64,000 nucleotides of DNA, taken from positions 243,845 to 307,844 of the forward strand of contig MNCI01002597.1 of NCBI GenBank assembly GCA_015680685.1, in the 5' to 3' direction. Positions 40,092 through 53,800 of the stretch are shown here, piece after piece. Position 1 is the first letter of the stretch. Every line of letters begins with the position of its first letter. Made by a program: the position numbers and the translations under genes. Source of the stretch: Gnetum montanum. Its lineage: Eukaryota > Plantae > Gnetophyta. Below the pieces are notes generated by a model. It saw nothing but the letters and a program-made list of their open reading frames with translations. It searched no databases and was not told the origin of the DNA.

Positions 40092-41198
40092 ATTTTATTC
40101 GAAAATGGTACGAAGATAGAAGCAGTTTGATATGCACCGTAAGTTGAAAGCAAGAGAATACAGTGTAATTATTTCTCTCAATGTGTTTTTGTCGCGCCGC
40201 TGGCTATCTTTCATGATTTTGTTGAACCTAAATCATACAAGTTCCACACTTTGATTGAAGCAAAACATGGTGATTTATGCATACTTGGACCATTCTGAAT
40301 ACTATATAACAAAGTTCAAAATCAAGGTTTCAGCCAGGAAATTTGCACAAATATGTTTAAGGTAGTGTTCATGAGGTGACCTAGTTCAGTTTAGTCTACT
40401 ATTCAAGCTTAGGTCTAATGACTATGATTAAGTTAATAAAACAAGGGCTTCCTCATATGGTCAACCTCTAAATTAACCCATGTATCAAGTTTAAAGATTG
40501 TACCTCGTATATGCAATTGATGAATATGTAGGTCAAAAGTGGCAAAAAAAAAATTTATAAACATTATAGAAGAATATTCTAAGCATCAAAAAGAGGTGGA
40601 ACTCTACAACAAGAAAGAAAAGCTCATCAATTACTAAGATGTTTATTTAGTTATAAAATCTTACCATTAAGCATGAAAAATCAGGAAAGGAAAATTAAAT
40701 TTTTATGTAGGAATGTTGTTTTTCATCTTGACAACCTTTACCTCACTTTAACCTCTATGTTGAACTTAAAATTACAAAAAGATTTGAAATAGAAATAGAA
40801 AGTTATGATGAAGTAGCAACCTTGTTAGAAAAAGTATATTCATTTGATGCACTATTTTCACCATTGCTTTGTTACTTGGTTGTGTTAAAGACCATTACAA
40901 TCAACAAAAGGTTGCTTATTAATATTATATATGATCTTTGAGTTATTGTTGGATGCAGATGAATTTTTCATATCAACACCTCTTGCTGTAAAAGTTGAAA
41001 CATTCATTGAAGCTTCTATCTCTCTATCCTCAACTTTGGCCTAATTTTTTCTACCCAACTTTAACATATTTTTTAATTTCCTTAGGTTTTTTTTAATAGA
41101 AAGGAACATGCATTAAACAAATGTCTTTGAAGATGACAAAATCTACAAGAAGATTATAGAACATATTTGGCTAAATGTAAGTCATTCTACTTACTTGT

Positions 41199-42059
41199 TG
41201 ATGAATCGTGTCTTGCCAGGCCCCGATATTGGATCCTCAATATCAGGTACATGATATCACAACCTAGGTAATGATATCAAATACACGATATCATGATTCC
41301 TGTGTAAGCCTATAAATACACATTTGGGTGCACAGGAATAAGGGGGGGTCGGTAAGTGTAAGTGTAGAGTCTTGTTGTCAATTTTCAATTCATTGCAGTT
41401 CTTTTCGCAGTGCATGTCTGCAATGTGAGGATTGTAATTGTACAGAACCTTTATTCGAGTGTACGTACTTGGACACGCACATGATCGGCAATAAAGATCA
41501 AGATTACTCCATCATTGCAGCATTCACTTAGTTTTTAATTGTTTAATTGTTATTGTTATTTATTGTTTTCTTAGTTAATATTTCTTTACCATCATTTACT
41601 ATTCCTGTTGTTAAATGTGGAATGAGTACAACTTAATCACGAACATTGAAGTGTAACTACTTGGTAACCCAGTAGCGTATTTAAAAGTGCTTAAGTAATA
41701 TGTGCTTGGTAATCCTAGAAGTACTACATGAAGTCCAAAATGCATACAGATGATTAAGAACGAATGCTCATCGCACTTAGGCTAGTTTAGATTTTGCTTC
41801 TCATCACCTATTAGCTTACAACAAGTTTATTTTCCATTGTCTTTAGGAGTAGCACTAATTTAGGATCACATCATTCACCTCACTTTGGACTAAACCATAC
41901 GTGACCAAGTAAATACTAGTCCGGGTGGGAAGACAGCGAATTACGATCAACGTGTAACTATCTAGATACCACAACTAGTCCATCTGCGGAGTTTGACCGG
42001 ATTGTGCGTGAACGCTCGTATTCATATGGTTGAGTGTAGGGGTACCTCGCCACTCATCA
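41199..42059 (+). mobile_element. Solo LTR of the Athila-like family (861 bp)
   Basis: TGATGAATC...CCACTCATCA termini, flanks CTTGT / CTTGG, reverse-complement homologous to 27744-28480. Confidence 0.88.
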
Positions 42060-44189
42060 CTTGGTATACAGTTAAAAATATTTACTCTGACGCAACACAA
42101 AAAAACATCGCAAGAACCAAATGGTGCATAAATAAATTCAATATGCATAATGGAACAAGAAGATAAACAATATGTTGCTTACCTCCTTGAAAAATCAATA
42201 GAAGATTAAAGAGCTCATAAAAATACGAAACTTCAAAATATACTTCAATTTAGGCATCTTAACACAAAAGTGTATGGTGAGATTTGCCATACAATACTTC
42301 ATATTGGGGTATCTTTCAAGCTAGCTAGGTAATTATTGTTGTATGCAAACTTAGCCAAAGACAATAATCCATTCCAACTACCTATGTATTCCAAGGTGTA
42401 TGCCCTTAGCATATCCTCTAAATCTAATTTATTTACTTTCTAATTCAACTAGCTTAAGAATCATTAATAAGCCAAATGCTATGAAGACTTAGAATCTTAT
42501 GAATGATCAATACTTCATGCTCATGTATAATTGACCAAATTTTTAGAGCACAATGCACCATCAAAGCATTACCTAACTCAATAGTTATGATAAAACAAAA
42601 ATAATACCTAACATGAGGGACTTCAATGATGTACTTTTACATCACATCATTTAGCTACAAAGAACAACTTTGATTATGAAGTAGGTAATTCAAAATTTAA
42701 ATGAACATATATTATGATGTAAAATCGATCATATACTTATTTAGGAAAGACAAAATCAAGCATCTTATTAATAATTTCAATATTGGTAGAAACTAGAAGA
42801 AATTTAAAATCCCCCATTGGGGAAAGAAAATTCTAGCACAATAATTTCAAGGTAAATATCTAGCTCTAAATAACCTTCCTTTATGTAGTCCTTTTTCCAT
42901 TATATCTCATCCTATAGTTTGAAAAAAGTCTAATATCTTAAGTTGATGAACTTGATAAATCCTTCATGGAAGTGATTAAGAGTTGACTTTCATGACTTGT
43001 TCATATCACTTTTGTAGGGAGTGTTGGAGCATTAAAATTTTTTATTTAAAAATATTTACTTTAAAACTCAACATTGTCCACTGTAATCAAATCCATAACT
43101 TGGAGCTTCCAAATCAAGTGCCTTCTAAACCTAGCAAACATGATTATGTAATCATAATATAATTCTAGTAGGTTCAACTTGCTAAATATAGTAGTAGCTA
43201 TTAAATTTTACAAGTGCAACTATTTTGCTTTGCAAGATTTGAAAAAACACCCCCTCTACTATCATTCATGATAGTTAAAATTGTATTTTGGAATGTTTAA
43301 GGGTTCTACTATTTGCTTGCGATTATCTTTGAAGTCATTAGCAATTATGTTCCTTCCAATGGAAAGTCACGAGGCAATTTCTAGCATGAACTACAATTAA
43401 TGTTTAAAATATTCCATGAATTTATGATGTTGAATTTAATGTTATTCATCACTCCAACAAAGTAGATGAGACTTTTATATCACTATTCTCACTAATTTAG
43501 AGCTTTGCACAAGTATAACCTTCCTTTCTAGGTTTGCTTCTATTGAAAATTGTTATATGATTAGCATACATGGAACAATCAAGTATTCAATGCTTTAATC
43601 CTCATCAAAGTGCTACCAAATTTTGTACTCTTAAATCATTTTACTTTATGCGTTCATTTGCATTCTCCATGACATGTTGCTTCTTATGTTAACTCCTTTT
43701 ACAATAACTTCTTAAGTCATTTTTTTTTTTTTTGTCCTTACTTGATCCAAATGAATTTTTCATCCTAGTGGAAACACAAAATTATTCAGTTTATTTGCCT
43801 TTGCCACCACATAGAATAATAGTCACATCAATAGTACTCGTGACAAAGATTTGCAAGCAATAGGTTACGAGTTTGAGTCACACATCATTATATTTCTCTA
43901 TAATGCTTCTAATATATGATGTTACCTATATGTCTTGGGGTGTACCTATAGCCAAATTATTTAATGTACTAAAGTTTCAGCATTATCTTATAGTAATAGA
44001 CATATGATTCAACATTATCCTTGTATGTACATAAGTACATTCCTCTTTCTCAATTATGCGAAAAGCTAATATTTTGCTAAGGTAAATTTAAGTCTCCAAT
44101 TTGTACACTTCAATTTCAAAGTTATTATATATTAGAATAGAAACGCCTTTAGCCTACTCGTTAGCATCATCCAATTAACTCCCTCCCAT

Positions 44190-44300
44190 CATCCAGTTAG
44201 CTCCCAATTTAAGGCAAGAGTCCAAGTACATGGCACAATAGTGTAAACTTGGATCTAGGCCCTCAACCCTCATTTGATATAGCAAAGTAAAACCATGGTA
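44190..44300 (-). pseudogene. Possible decayed pentatricopeptide-repeat fragment
   Basis: GFTLLYQMRVEGLDPSLHYCAMYLDSCLKLGA resembles a PLS-type PPR P/L junction (L..QM..EG..P......L..C..LGA). Short and isolated. Confidence 0.3.
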
Positions 44301-45099
44301 ATAATGATAAAGTATATCTTCAAAATCATAAATATATCTATCCAAAACTAAGTAATCTTGCAAGCAACATCCAAGAAAAAATAGGTAGATCTAACTAGCC
44401 TATGCCTTTGATATGTTAGGTCTCTATAATTTCAAGTCACAACTTTGATTTCACTAAGCAACACTGAATTATAAAATTTTTAAAAAATTACTACAAGTAA
44501 TTTTGAAATAGCTTTGTGTAATAGATCAAAGAGAGTAGGAGTAAAAGAAAGTAAAAATTCAGCTTCAATTTGAGTTTCATAATTTTTTTTGTTTTATCTA
44601 GATTACCTTTTTATCTATCTTGCAGATTCTCTTTATGAATCCTAAGTCAGCATGCTATAAGTTCATGCAATTTCAATTTCACATGAGCAACTATTTTTTG
44701 CTAGGTTTGATGTAGTTACAATCAAACACGAGTGCATAAAATTCTAAGTATATTTTTATGTAAATAATTCAAAATTGAAGAAGGTCAATGGTTGTACTTA
44801 AAGCTTCAATTCATTTTTGTGCAATTACACTAAAACACACTAGCTTTTGACTATCAAAGAAGATCGCATCTGTTTAAGCTACTCCTTTTGTTACTCTATA
44901 ACGCTACCTCTAGTCTCCTATGCTAACTAAAATTTAGGTTGATTATTTTACTTATATTATATTTTCAAGCTTAGTTTAGTAGTAGTAGGATTCATAAATA
45001 AACATTTTAGCATGGATAGGTGTAACATTGTGAACAACTCTATAAAATCATAGTTGGCCTCATAACTACATATATAAACATGGACTCATAAATGTATAT

Positions 45100-45181
45100 A
45101 TAAACATTGACATGTGCAACATCATAAACAACTCTACGATATAAACATTGACATGTGCAACATCATAAACAACTCTACGAT
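45100..45181. repeat. Perfect 41-bp tandem duplication
   Basis: ATAAACATTGACATGTGCAACATCATAAACAACTCTACGAT present twice, with no N at the junction. Confidence 0.9.
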
Positions 45182-46406
45182 AACTTGCCATAAAATAGAG
45201 AAACAACAAACTTAAATGTATCAAAGGTTGTGATAGTGGGCTCTAGTGAGCTTCTTATTGCAATGTTTTATTTATAACAATAAGGTGTCAGGGTAAGAGT
45301 TTTGGCTTGGTAACAATTAACAATGAAGTATTAGTTTGATTATGAGAATTTTTTATTATAAAAATCCGGACTGCGTATTCTGAATCCCAGATTCTTTGAC
45401 TATAGTGCATCATGTTGAACATACATGCATATGTATGGGAGTGTAGCTACACTAGTTTGGTAAGAACTTAACGCATTAAAGACTTAAATTAAAGCTCACA
45501 CAATCTGGTAATTTTCCATCGAAAGCCATCCTATCCTATCCTATCCTAATCCTACTCCCACCGCCACCACCAGCAAAACATGGACCACAGCCAAACACAA
45601 ACACGAGATCTTTGATTGTGAAAGATATGAGCTCCGAACCATACCATACCATACCATCATACGGACCCGCAACGCAATGTATACATACATCATAAAAAAA
45701 TAACGAAATAAAATACATCCGCCATTACCGCCAGCCAAGCACTTTAAAAGTTCGGTATGGCGCAGCAAATCCTTCGTCGACGAAACTATACAAATATTCA
45801 TAGCGCATAGAAGTTCGTAAAGGCCAGAAATAGATCCGTTAATGCAAATTATTAAATTAAAAAAAAAGCCGTAATTCCGCTGCTATTCCTAAGAACTGAA
45901 GCTAAGCCAGGGAAAGGCATCCAGGGATTCAACGCGGTCTGCAAATATTTGTCTTTTCTGTCTTGGGTGCCGCAGCGTGACTTGAGGCGGGTGCAAGGCC
46001 GCTGCTGCTGCAACTGAAAGTAATCACAGTTAGGCATCAGAATCATCGTCGTCGTCGTCGACGGCGTGCAGATCTTTCCAACTCTCTGCACATTGCAAAA
46101 CGTAATTCAATGCACAGAACCTGCCTATACCGTGCTCCAGAGACAATAACGGCAATATAAAGTAAATTTCCGGATCTCTGCGTTTCCCTTACCTGCAATT
46201 TCGGCTTTCCAACGCTGGCTGTATTGGATCCACAGTCATTCTCAAACATCGATCGAATGTTGTTTGATTTCCTAGTCGCTTGTTCGGCTCGGTTTTTAAG
46301 TCTTTGCACTCGACGTTTCTCCTGCATCATCGACTAGAGTTTTTGGATCTGCGATTGCGGATTCCGCTTGATTTTGTGTTTGATTGTGCCTTTCTCTGGA
46401 GCTGAG

Positions 46407-47185
46407 ATGCATAGATCGAATAGCCTCAACAGGTCGCTTGACCAGTGCTCCGTCAATGTATCTGCATGTGCGTCGGCTGTGTTGCCGTCCAGTGTGAAGC
46501 GAAGCTTTAGCACGGTGGCCGCCGATGCGCTGCCGGTGTACTTCGACGATGTGGAGAAAAAGCCGTCGCGTTTCAGATCGGACCACGCCGTGCATCTCAT
46601 CCCGCTCGTCCTCATCCTCTGCGGCCTTGTCCTCTGGCTCGCAGGTGAGGCTAGAGTAAGGATAATGATCATCCAAGTTTTGAAATTTGTTGTTTAAAGA
46701 CGAGTAAGAAGGAACCTTGATGTACGGAACACCGTTGTGTGATTTAATCATTGGTTTGTTATTTGATCTATAGATTAAAAGGAGTATTCTTTTGTATTTC
46801 GCTATATGTCGTAAAATTCGTCTTTTGGAAACAAAATTTGCCAATCCAAACGTTAAATTTGGTGCAGATTATGTTTCATTTCATTAACAATCCTTACAAG
46901 ATTTGCAAGGATAAGAGTTCTATTTACCTTTTGAATATTTACATGGAACGCCTTAGCGCTTCCTCCACAGATGATGATCTTATTAAAAGTTATGTCGTAT
47001 TTGCAGGGACGGCTTCACAAGCGGCTGTGCCCTTGGAGGTTCATAATATTGTTGCGAGTCGGCAATCAATTGAATCTTTTGCTGGGAGGGCAGACAATGA
47101 TGTTGGAGAACATGAGATGACACGTGTATTGAACAACACTCAGCATTCACATAATAATGAGGATGAAGGAGAAACGAAGGATTGA
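46407..47185 (+). CDS. Uncharacterised plant single-pass membrane protein, 138 aa. Exons 46407-46644 and 47007-47185
   Basis: MHRSNS...LPVY...KK.SR.RS..AVHLIPLVLILCGLVLW matches a conserved small plant TM-protein family I recall. GCAG|GTGAG donor and TTTGCAG|G acceptor keep the frame, and the exons are GC-rich. Confidence 0.82.
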
Positions 47186-47867
47186 AATTTTTTTAAGATT
47201 TAACTGAATTTTGCATCTGAGGCGTAGGGCGAGTGATCAGGACACTCATCTCTGAGTGCTGTAGCCTTGTGATGTTGGTGGATTACATCTACCCTACTGC
47301 CTCAAAAAAAAGAAAAAAAAAACAAAAACAAAAAAGATTCAACTGAATTTCGGCTTTATAAAATGAAATAAAATGATTTCCACCAATGTTAGCTTATTTT
47401 TAAAAATCTCATCATTACCTTAATAAAACTGAAACTAAAACGATTTTTATTCCGTCATTAATGTTCATTGAATTTTAGGAAATGGCGGTATATGTTTGCC
47501 AAAAAAGGTTCTTAACCATTGCGTATAAGTTAAAAATAAGATATTGATTTGCCGTCATCATAACTAATAAACACAACACAATCATCGGAGATTTAAGCTA
47601 ATGATATAAAAGAACTAACAAGCCAATGAAGATAACTGCGATTGGCATTTTTACCCAAAATGATGTTAAATTCTGTAAAGAGGAATAAGCTAGCTCTATG
47701 GTGTTATCATTCAAAACAAGCAGGTAACACAACTACCTCTCAAAAAACATGCATGTTACATAAACAACGCAGTGGCTGTGATTTCTGCAGAAGCCTCTAG
47801 ATTTCGATACAACTGTTGCAGCCAGAACAATATCTTCAGCACAATACATAGGCAACAAAAAATGATT

Positions 47868-50800
47868 TTAAAATATCCAGCATTTACAGCCTTCGGGCTC
47901 TACTGGGCCTTTAAACCATCTATCCCATGCTGGATTCTCCGGACCCTTTGTACTGGAAATAAGAGAAATCTTAAATTATAAACCATTGGCAAGAACATGG
48001 GAATACAGAAAACCATGACAGGAAGCCCAATAAATACAGATATAATTACACAGGAAGTAGAGGGTCAGCCCGGTTGTCAATCAGCAAGAGCATTCTGAAA
48101 ATTAAACCAAAGTGAGTCTTTTCTATTCTTGCATGGTGAAGCAAATAATCCATATCACTATCAATTTTTCAAGAAGCATGCATACTCTTTGCAAGCGCTT
48201 GTTGCCCTTTCTACTTTGTCCAGTTCTTCTAGTTCCTCCTTATATCAGCAGAACATTAGCCAACATTAGTATTTGATATAGCATTGTTTAATTTCAGTCA
48301 AAACCATGTAAACAGTTGACTAAGCTGACTAATCACAATCTCTTGACCATGTTAACTGTTTATTAACTGCAGTCTGAAAGTACACCTCTTAAACACATAA
48401 CTAAGAATTGTTGCTTTAGGCTCACAATTTTTAACTAAATTTATTCTAAAGCATTATAGCTCATGCAACATGCTAAAACAATAGACAGTAACCATTTCTT
48501 CATTTGATGGCATAAGCTAACCATGAATTTTGTGGAACAGTAGGCACCACAAATGCAGTTAAATAGAAATAATGAGAACGGTCAGTGAATAATTTGTTAG
48601 CTAAACAAAAAAGAAATCCAAGAAAATTTAAAAATTAGACACTTGTGGTCTTATCGTGTATTATTAAACATTTTATTTATTCTGTATAACCCTGGTGGGA
48701 CGTTAAGTGTTCTGCTTCTCCAATAAGATTATGTAATTTTGACTATTTGTGAAGCATTACTGCATCAGGTATGCACCTGTACAAGTTTTACCTCGTTAAT
48801 ACACTTCTGATCAAACTAGCTAGTCCCTTCTAGCAAGTTCAAAGATTGAAGATTGCAACCCCCTGCCCTAGGTGTACAAGGAATATAAATTATTAGAGTC
48901 TTTACAAATTTTTAGCTTTTCATGTCTAATGGATCAATGATACAGTTCATAGATCTTGTTTTAACCAACATGCAACCAGCGTGCATTTCTGTTGCAGTAG
49001 ATGGTGCTGTAGCTAAGCTCACATACTGCAGGTCGCAAGTTAAAACTCCACTTCTGTTATCTTTACAGGTTTTATGTCTTGGGCCTGGGAACATCACATG
49101 GTTAGCTTAGTTTTCTTGATTTTACCCTCATTTTTCATTACCATTGTATTTCTAACAGAAACAATCGACATTAGACTGTGATTTAGAATGAATACCCAAA
49201 ATATCATCCATGTTATAGACTGTTTTTGAATACCGTAAACTGGGAATTCGAAAAATACCGTAAATGTTATGTTATTAATTTTTAAGAAAACTCGCAATTT
49301 ATTTCTCCAAAAGAATAGTAGCAGTGTAACATTCACCTATTGTCTAGTTTTCATAATCATAACTTTTCAAAACAGTAGATCCTGCTTTCTATTTCATTGC
49401 TTGTAGGAATTACAACAATGCCAAACTACAAGATGAACACAGTTAAAGCATCATCCCAAGCATCCGGTAAGAACCAACATTCTTAGTGTTTTACTTATCT
49501 TGACATACAAAATATCTATTTTCTTATTAAGTACATTTGCAGGGAACAATATATTATACAAGAAAACATCAGTATACCATGTTGTCACAGCTCATGTTGT
49601 AATCAGCCACTAAACAAGGATCATGCTTTTGGTCGGCAATCAAATTGTTCAAGTTTGATCAGATAAAACAGCATGCACAGAAGTTTCACCATTATCATTG
49701 CATTTACTGCATCCAAATTGCGATGACCCATTAGGGTAGGTGAGTGATTTCATGATAGTTTTTATTGCTAGTCATTTGCATGACACCAACCTGGATATAT
49801 ATTTTTAGACTTTAGGATTCCCTGAGGCACATATTTCAAACAACCTGCTGGTATTAAACCTATTGCTTGGAGGATGCAAGTTGCATACCTAACCAACAAG
49901 CTACACCTCATTGACAACTTCACAGTGATTCAATAAATCCTCCCAAAATACAGTAAGCCATCTCCAAATGACATTCAGTTGGAAGTCAACAAGAAGCCAA
50001 TAAAAAGTCAATGCTTTTACAAAGAAACCTTTTAATGACTTAACACAAATTAAATATTTTATAACATATGATTGACTAAAGTTTTGATGCCAAGGGACCT
50101 CAGAATGCAACTCAATAGTTGTGTAAAAGAGTCGATAGCATACAAAATGCCTCACAGAAAGCAACTCGTATTTTTCTTTAACATGATACGTTATTCAGGA
50201 AAAACATGGTTTTAAATGAATCCATAATGTTGAGGTCTATTCCATTTAATTATTTTTGAAAACCTGCATATGCCATGAAGGAATGATTTCATGTGTACAC
50301 TATTATGAGAAGGCTCAAGGATTCTTTGAGTTCAGTTTAGCAGGGAAAGAACGTCTAAATGGTATTCAGAGTATCCATCAGTGGATGGTAATTCAAATCA
50401 ATGAGCAAGCAACTATGGTTGCTAAAGTTAGACATGGGGAAACGGCACTGTAACTTGGATTTACATATGAAATCAATGAATAACGGCGGAATGACATGAA
50501 ATGGTAGGCTCAAAGTCACTCACAGTGACAGGGCCGACTTAACTTTGAAGAAATTATTTAAGTCAGTCCATGGTTGCACAAAGAATTGAATAAGCAATAC
50601 TTCTCAAAGTTTTCTTCGAAGTCACTTGCGATATTTTGGCAGTTTTTCTATTAGAAAAGGAAAATAGAAGTTTTTCAGTAGTAGGCAAGGTGAAAGGGGG
50701 TAAAAATAACAAGTCGCTACTCTAAGAAAGATAACCAGGACTTGGTGAGCGGTCAAATCAATAGCTTTAATGTGAATGGTGTTTAGGACATATGATAAGA

Positions 50801-53800
50801 ATCAAGTTGGTTTGTTTGGCCTTGATTTAATCTCTGATATTTCACATATTTGGAGGAAAGATTTAAGACTAATTTTCCCAAAGATAGTGTAAACAATGAC
50901 TAAAACAAGTATGTTCGTTTTAACTAATGCACAAAAGAATTCAATTTCCATGATTTAACTGATACTTCCTTTAGGTATCGTTGTGTCTCTTGTGTCTTTT
51001 ATTATTATTATTATTTTTTTGTAGGTTTAATTTCTCACTTTCTTATTTCCACTCATAATTAGTTACTTTAGTATTACTACATTAAGCCAACAAATAAATG
51101 CAGATCACCTATTCCTAATTATGTGACTAATTACCTGCATTTGAAAAGTAAGTATTTCAGGGTAGACCAAAAGGAATAAGACATCGAATAAATGAAACAT
51201 ATTTCTAGTTGAATTCAACATAAAAAAAGTATTAATATTGCTAAGATGAAATAGAAGACATATTGAGATTCTTAAACCTTAGCATTTTACCACACAAACA
51301 TTGTATCTTATGAAATCCCACGGAAAAGTGAACTAAGGCGGTGATCAAACTATTATCACTTGCTTCGCTCTTGTACTATCAGCATAGTGCAAGGCAATAA
51401 GGGCTTGTTTGAAAGGGGAATGCCTCGAAGGGGCTTTAGCCAGGGAACAACCCCAGAGTTACCCATATATATTTTTTATATCGATTTCAAATTCCAACCT
51501 GTAGAAATTAGAATCCAAATCTAAGCGGGAACACTGGAAATTAATATCTTAGAATTATCACTTTATCAACAACAAAATTTCATTGACCTAAGCTATGTTA
51601 GACAATAAAACACTTATTGAAATTAGGGAAAACTTAAGTATATTTCAAGTAACTTTCTACATATGATAATTAAAATATGCCATGTGGATATCCTACCTAT
51701 TGTACCCATAGTCCTCTTCCTTTCAGCCATTTGGAAGCTTGGGTGCAACATACATCTCCTTAGCAATTGCCTACCAACTAGATGACATCATTCAGCCTTC
51801 TTATAACATTTAGCATTGTTTTTGACATCAGCTTTGCATCATTTTGCTTTTGATGCCACTTTCAACATTTGGCATCATTTTGACATCAGATTAACAGTTT
51901 AACATCTGAAAGCTTTCGGAGTCTTCTTCGTGGGCCCCAGTGCATCATTGTTTCATGATCTACGAGGCATTTTTTGGTCTATAAATAAAAGACTTGGGAC
52001 ATCCTTTTGTGCATCTATCTTTGATCTGATATTTCTTATCAAATCAAGTTGAATATAATCAGATTCTCTCTCAGACAAGGATCAAATTCACATCAACCAG
52101 TCACCTTGCATTTTCAAAGCTCTTGTATCACCTGGCAAACCCTATCCCTATATGACGTAATTGTATCCCCTTCATTGTGCACTTGCTTGCAACATGAACA
52201 AACTCTTAGATCAAACCCAAACAATCTAGTTTGATCCAAATCCCTCTTACATCAGGCCTACACTCACATTAGCCTTTATCCCAAAAGAGACCAAGGTAAT
52301 GTAGCTCCTTGTTGGCAGCCTCTAAATTACCTAGTTCTTCTCTAAACGTATCACTAATTTGCAGGTTCCGGTTTATTTTTATTTTTATCTTTTTTTTTCT
52401 ATTCCGCCCTAAAACCCCTTTTGCCCTAGATTGCAAAGAAGGGTTTTTCTTATCATTTGCTGTAAACATTTCTCTGGAAATAAAGGGTACATTTTCCCCT
52501 TTATTTCAATCATTCTTTTTTGCGTAGCATAGATCTATGTTTCTGTCGTTCTTCTACAAGTTTGTTCACAAAACTATATCTTTTTCCACTCTTGCGTCAT
52601 TTTTGTTTTTTTTTTCTTTTTTTCTTTTTGCTGCATTTAATTTACAAATCACTTTCTTTTGGCTGCAGCATTACTTTCATTGCGAGCTCATTATGTTGAT
52701 ACGACCAAAAAATCCCCATTTGATTTAGAGATACCTCTTCAGACCATTTGTGGCTGCAAACAGTGTTGCATTGCCTTTTATTGCATTAGTGATATTAGGA
52801 AAGGAAACATAATACTCCATACAAGTTATTGTGACTTGGTCACGTCAATTCTCACCACAATGCTAGCCAACCTAATCTACAGTGTTAATTCAAAGAGGTT
52901 CCTAATCCACAACACAATCTTTAAAGAAGATTCCTTATCTAAATTAAACAGTATCTTCAAATAAGGTTGCTCATCCAAAAAGTTAATTCAAGAACCATTG
53001 AGAGAACTGCAAACAATACAATGTAACCCCCATATCAATCCCTGTCATTCTAGGAAGGTGATTGCAGCTAGAGATGCACCTTTTGACTTAGTGTTACCGG
53101 CAGTTAGGAAATAGTGGATGAAAGGGATCACTGCTAGGCTTTATCTATAAAAGAAGTCCTTCACCACAGCAACAATAACACCTCTAACTGACCTCCAATT
53201 TGAAACTACTAAAAGCTATAGTCACAAGAATCTAGTCCATCAAGGCAACTCATAGGAATTTAGTATGACAAAACAGAAACCATGATTGTAAATTAGAAAA
53301 TTCTATTATAAAATAAATAGCTTCTGTAAGTCCAGTGAGATATTGTCTAGTTCTAATGCGGCTATACATAGTAATATGAAGTGAATATATATGTGTGTAT
53401 AGGCACTGCTCTGGTAAAGAGGCACAAGAGTTTTCCAGATCTGAAAATTCTCTTCATGTCTACATGTAGTGCCAATATGCAGGTACATGTGCTTCTGATA
53501 TGTGCTCCCTTATGAAATGGAGGGTGCTCGCACTTCGGGAATGCAGAAGTGAATAAATTTCCATGGGAATACACTCCCACATAAAACTGATTGTGAGGAA
53601 TTGCATTGATTCTAAGTGTTTGATAAGTAATGAGAACAATTGCAACATTCATTTCTTGGATAATGTTGATTTAACAAAGATCCATGTCACAGGACATGAA
53701 AGGAAGTTTCCATAATTCATTAATTATATACATACAAGCTGAAAAATGGTTACAAAACCCAATATTCCTCATGTATGTCCTATCTAGGTTAATGCCTTTG

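Noticed and set aside
42060-43900. Possible MULE/SWIM remnant (CTCKF near 43210, minus strand)
   Set aside because: A single short motif in AT-rich DNA, not supportable without an HMM search.
45901-45922. Partial similarity to miR408 or its target site
   Set aside because: Contains an indel and mismatches, and no hairpin is evident.
46296-46844. 182-aa and 112-aa minus-strand ORFs
   Set aside because: Antisense shadows of the GC-rich exon of the TM-protein gene.
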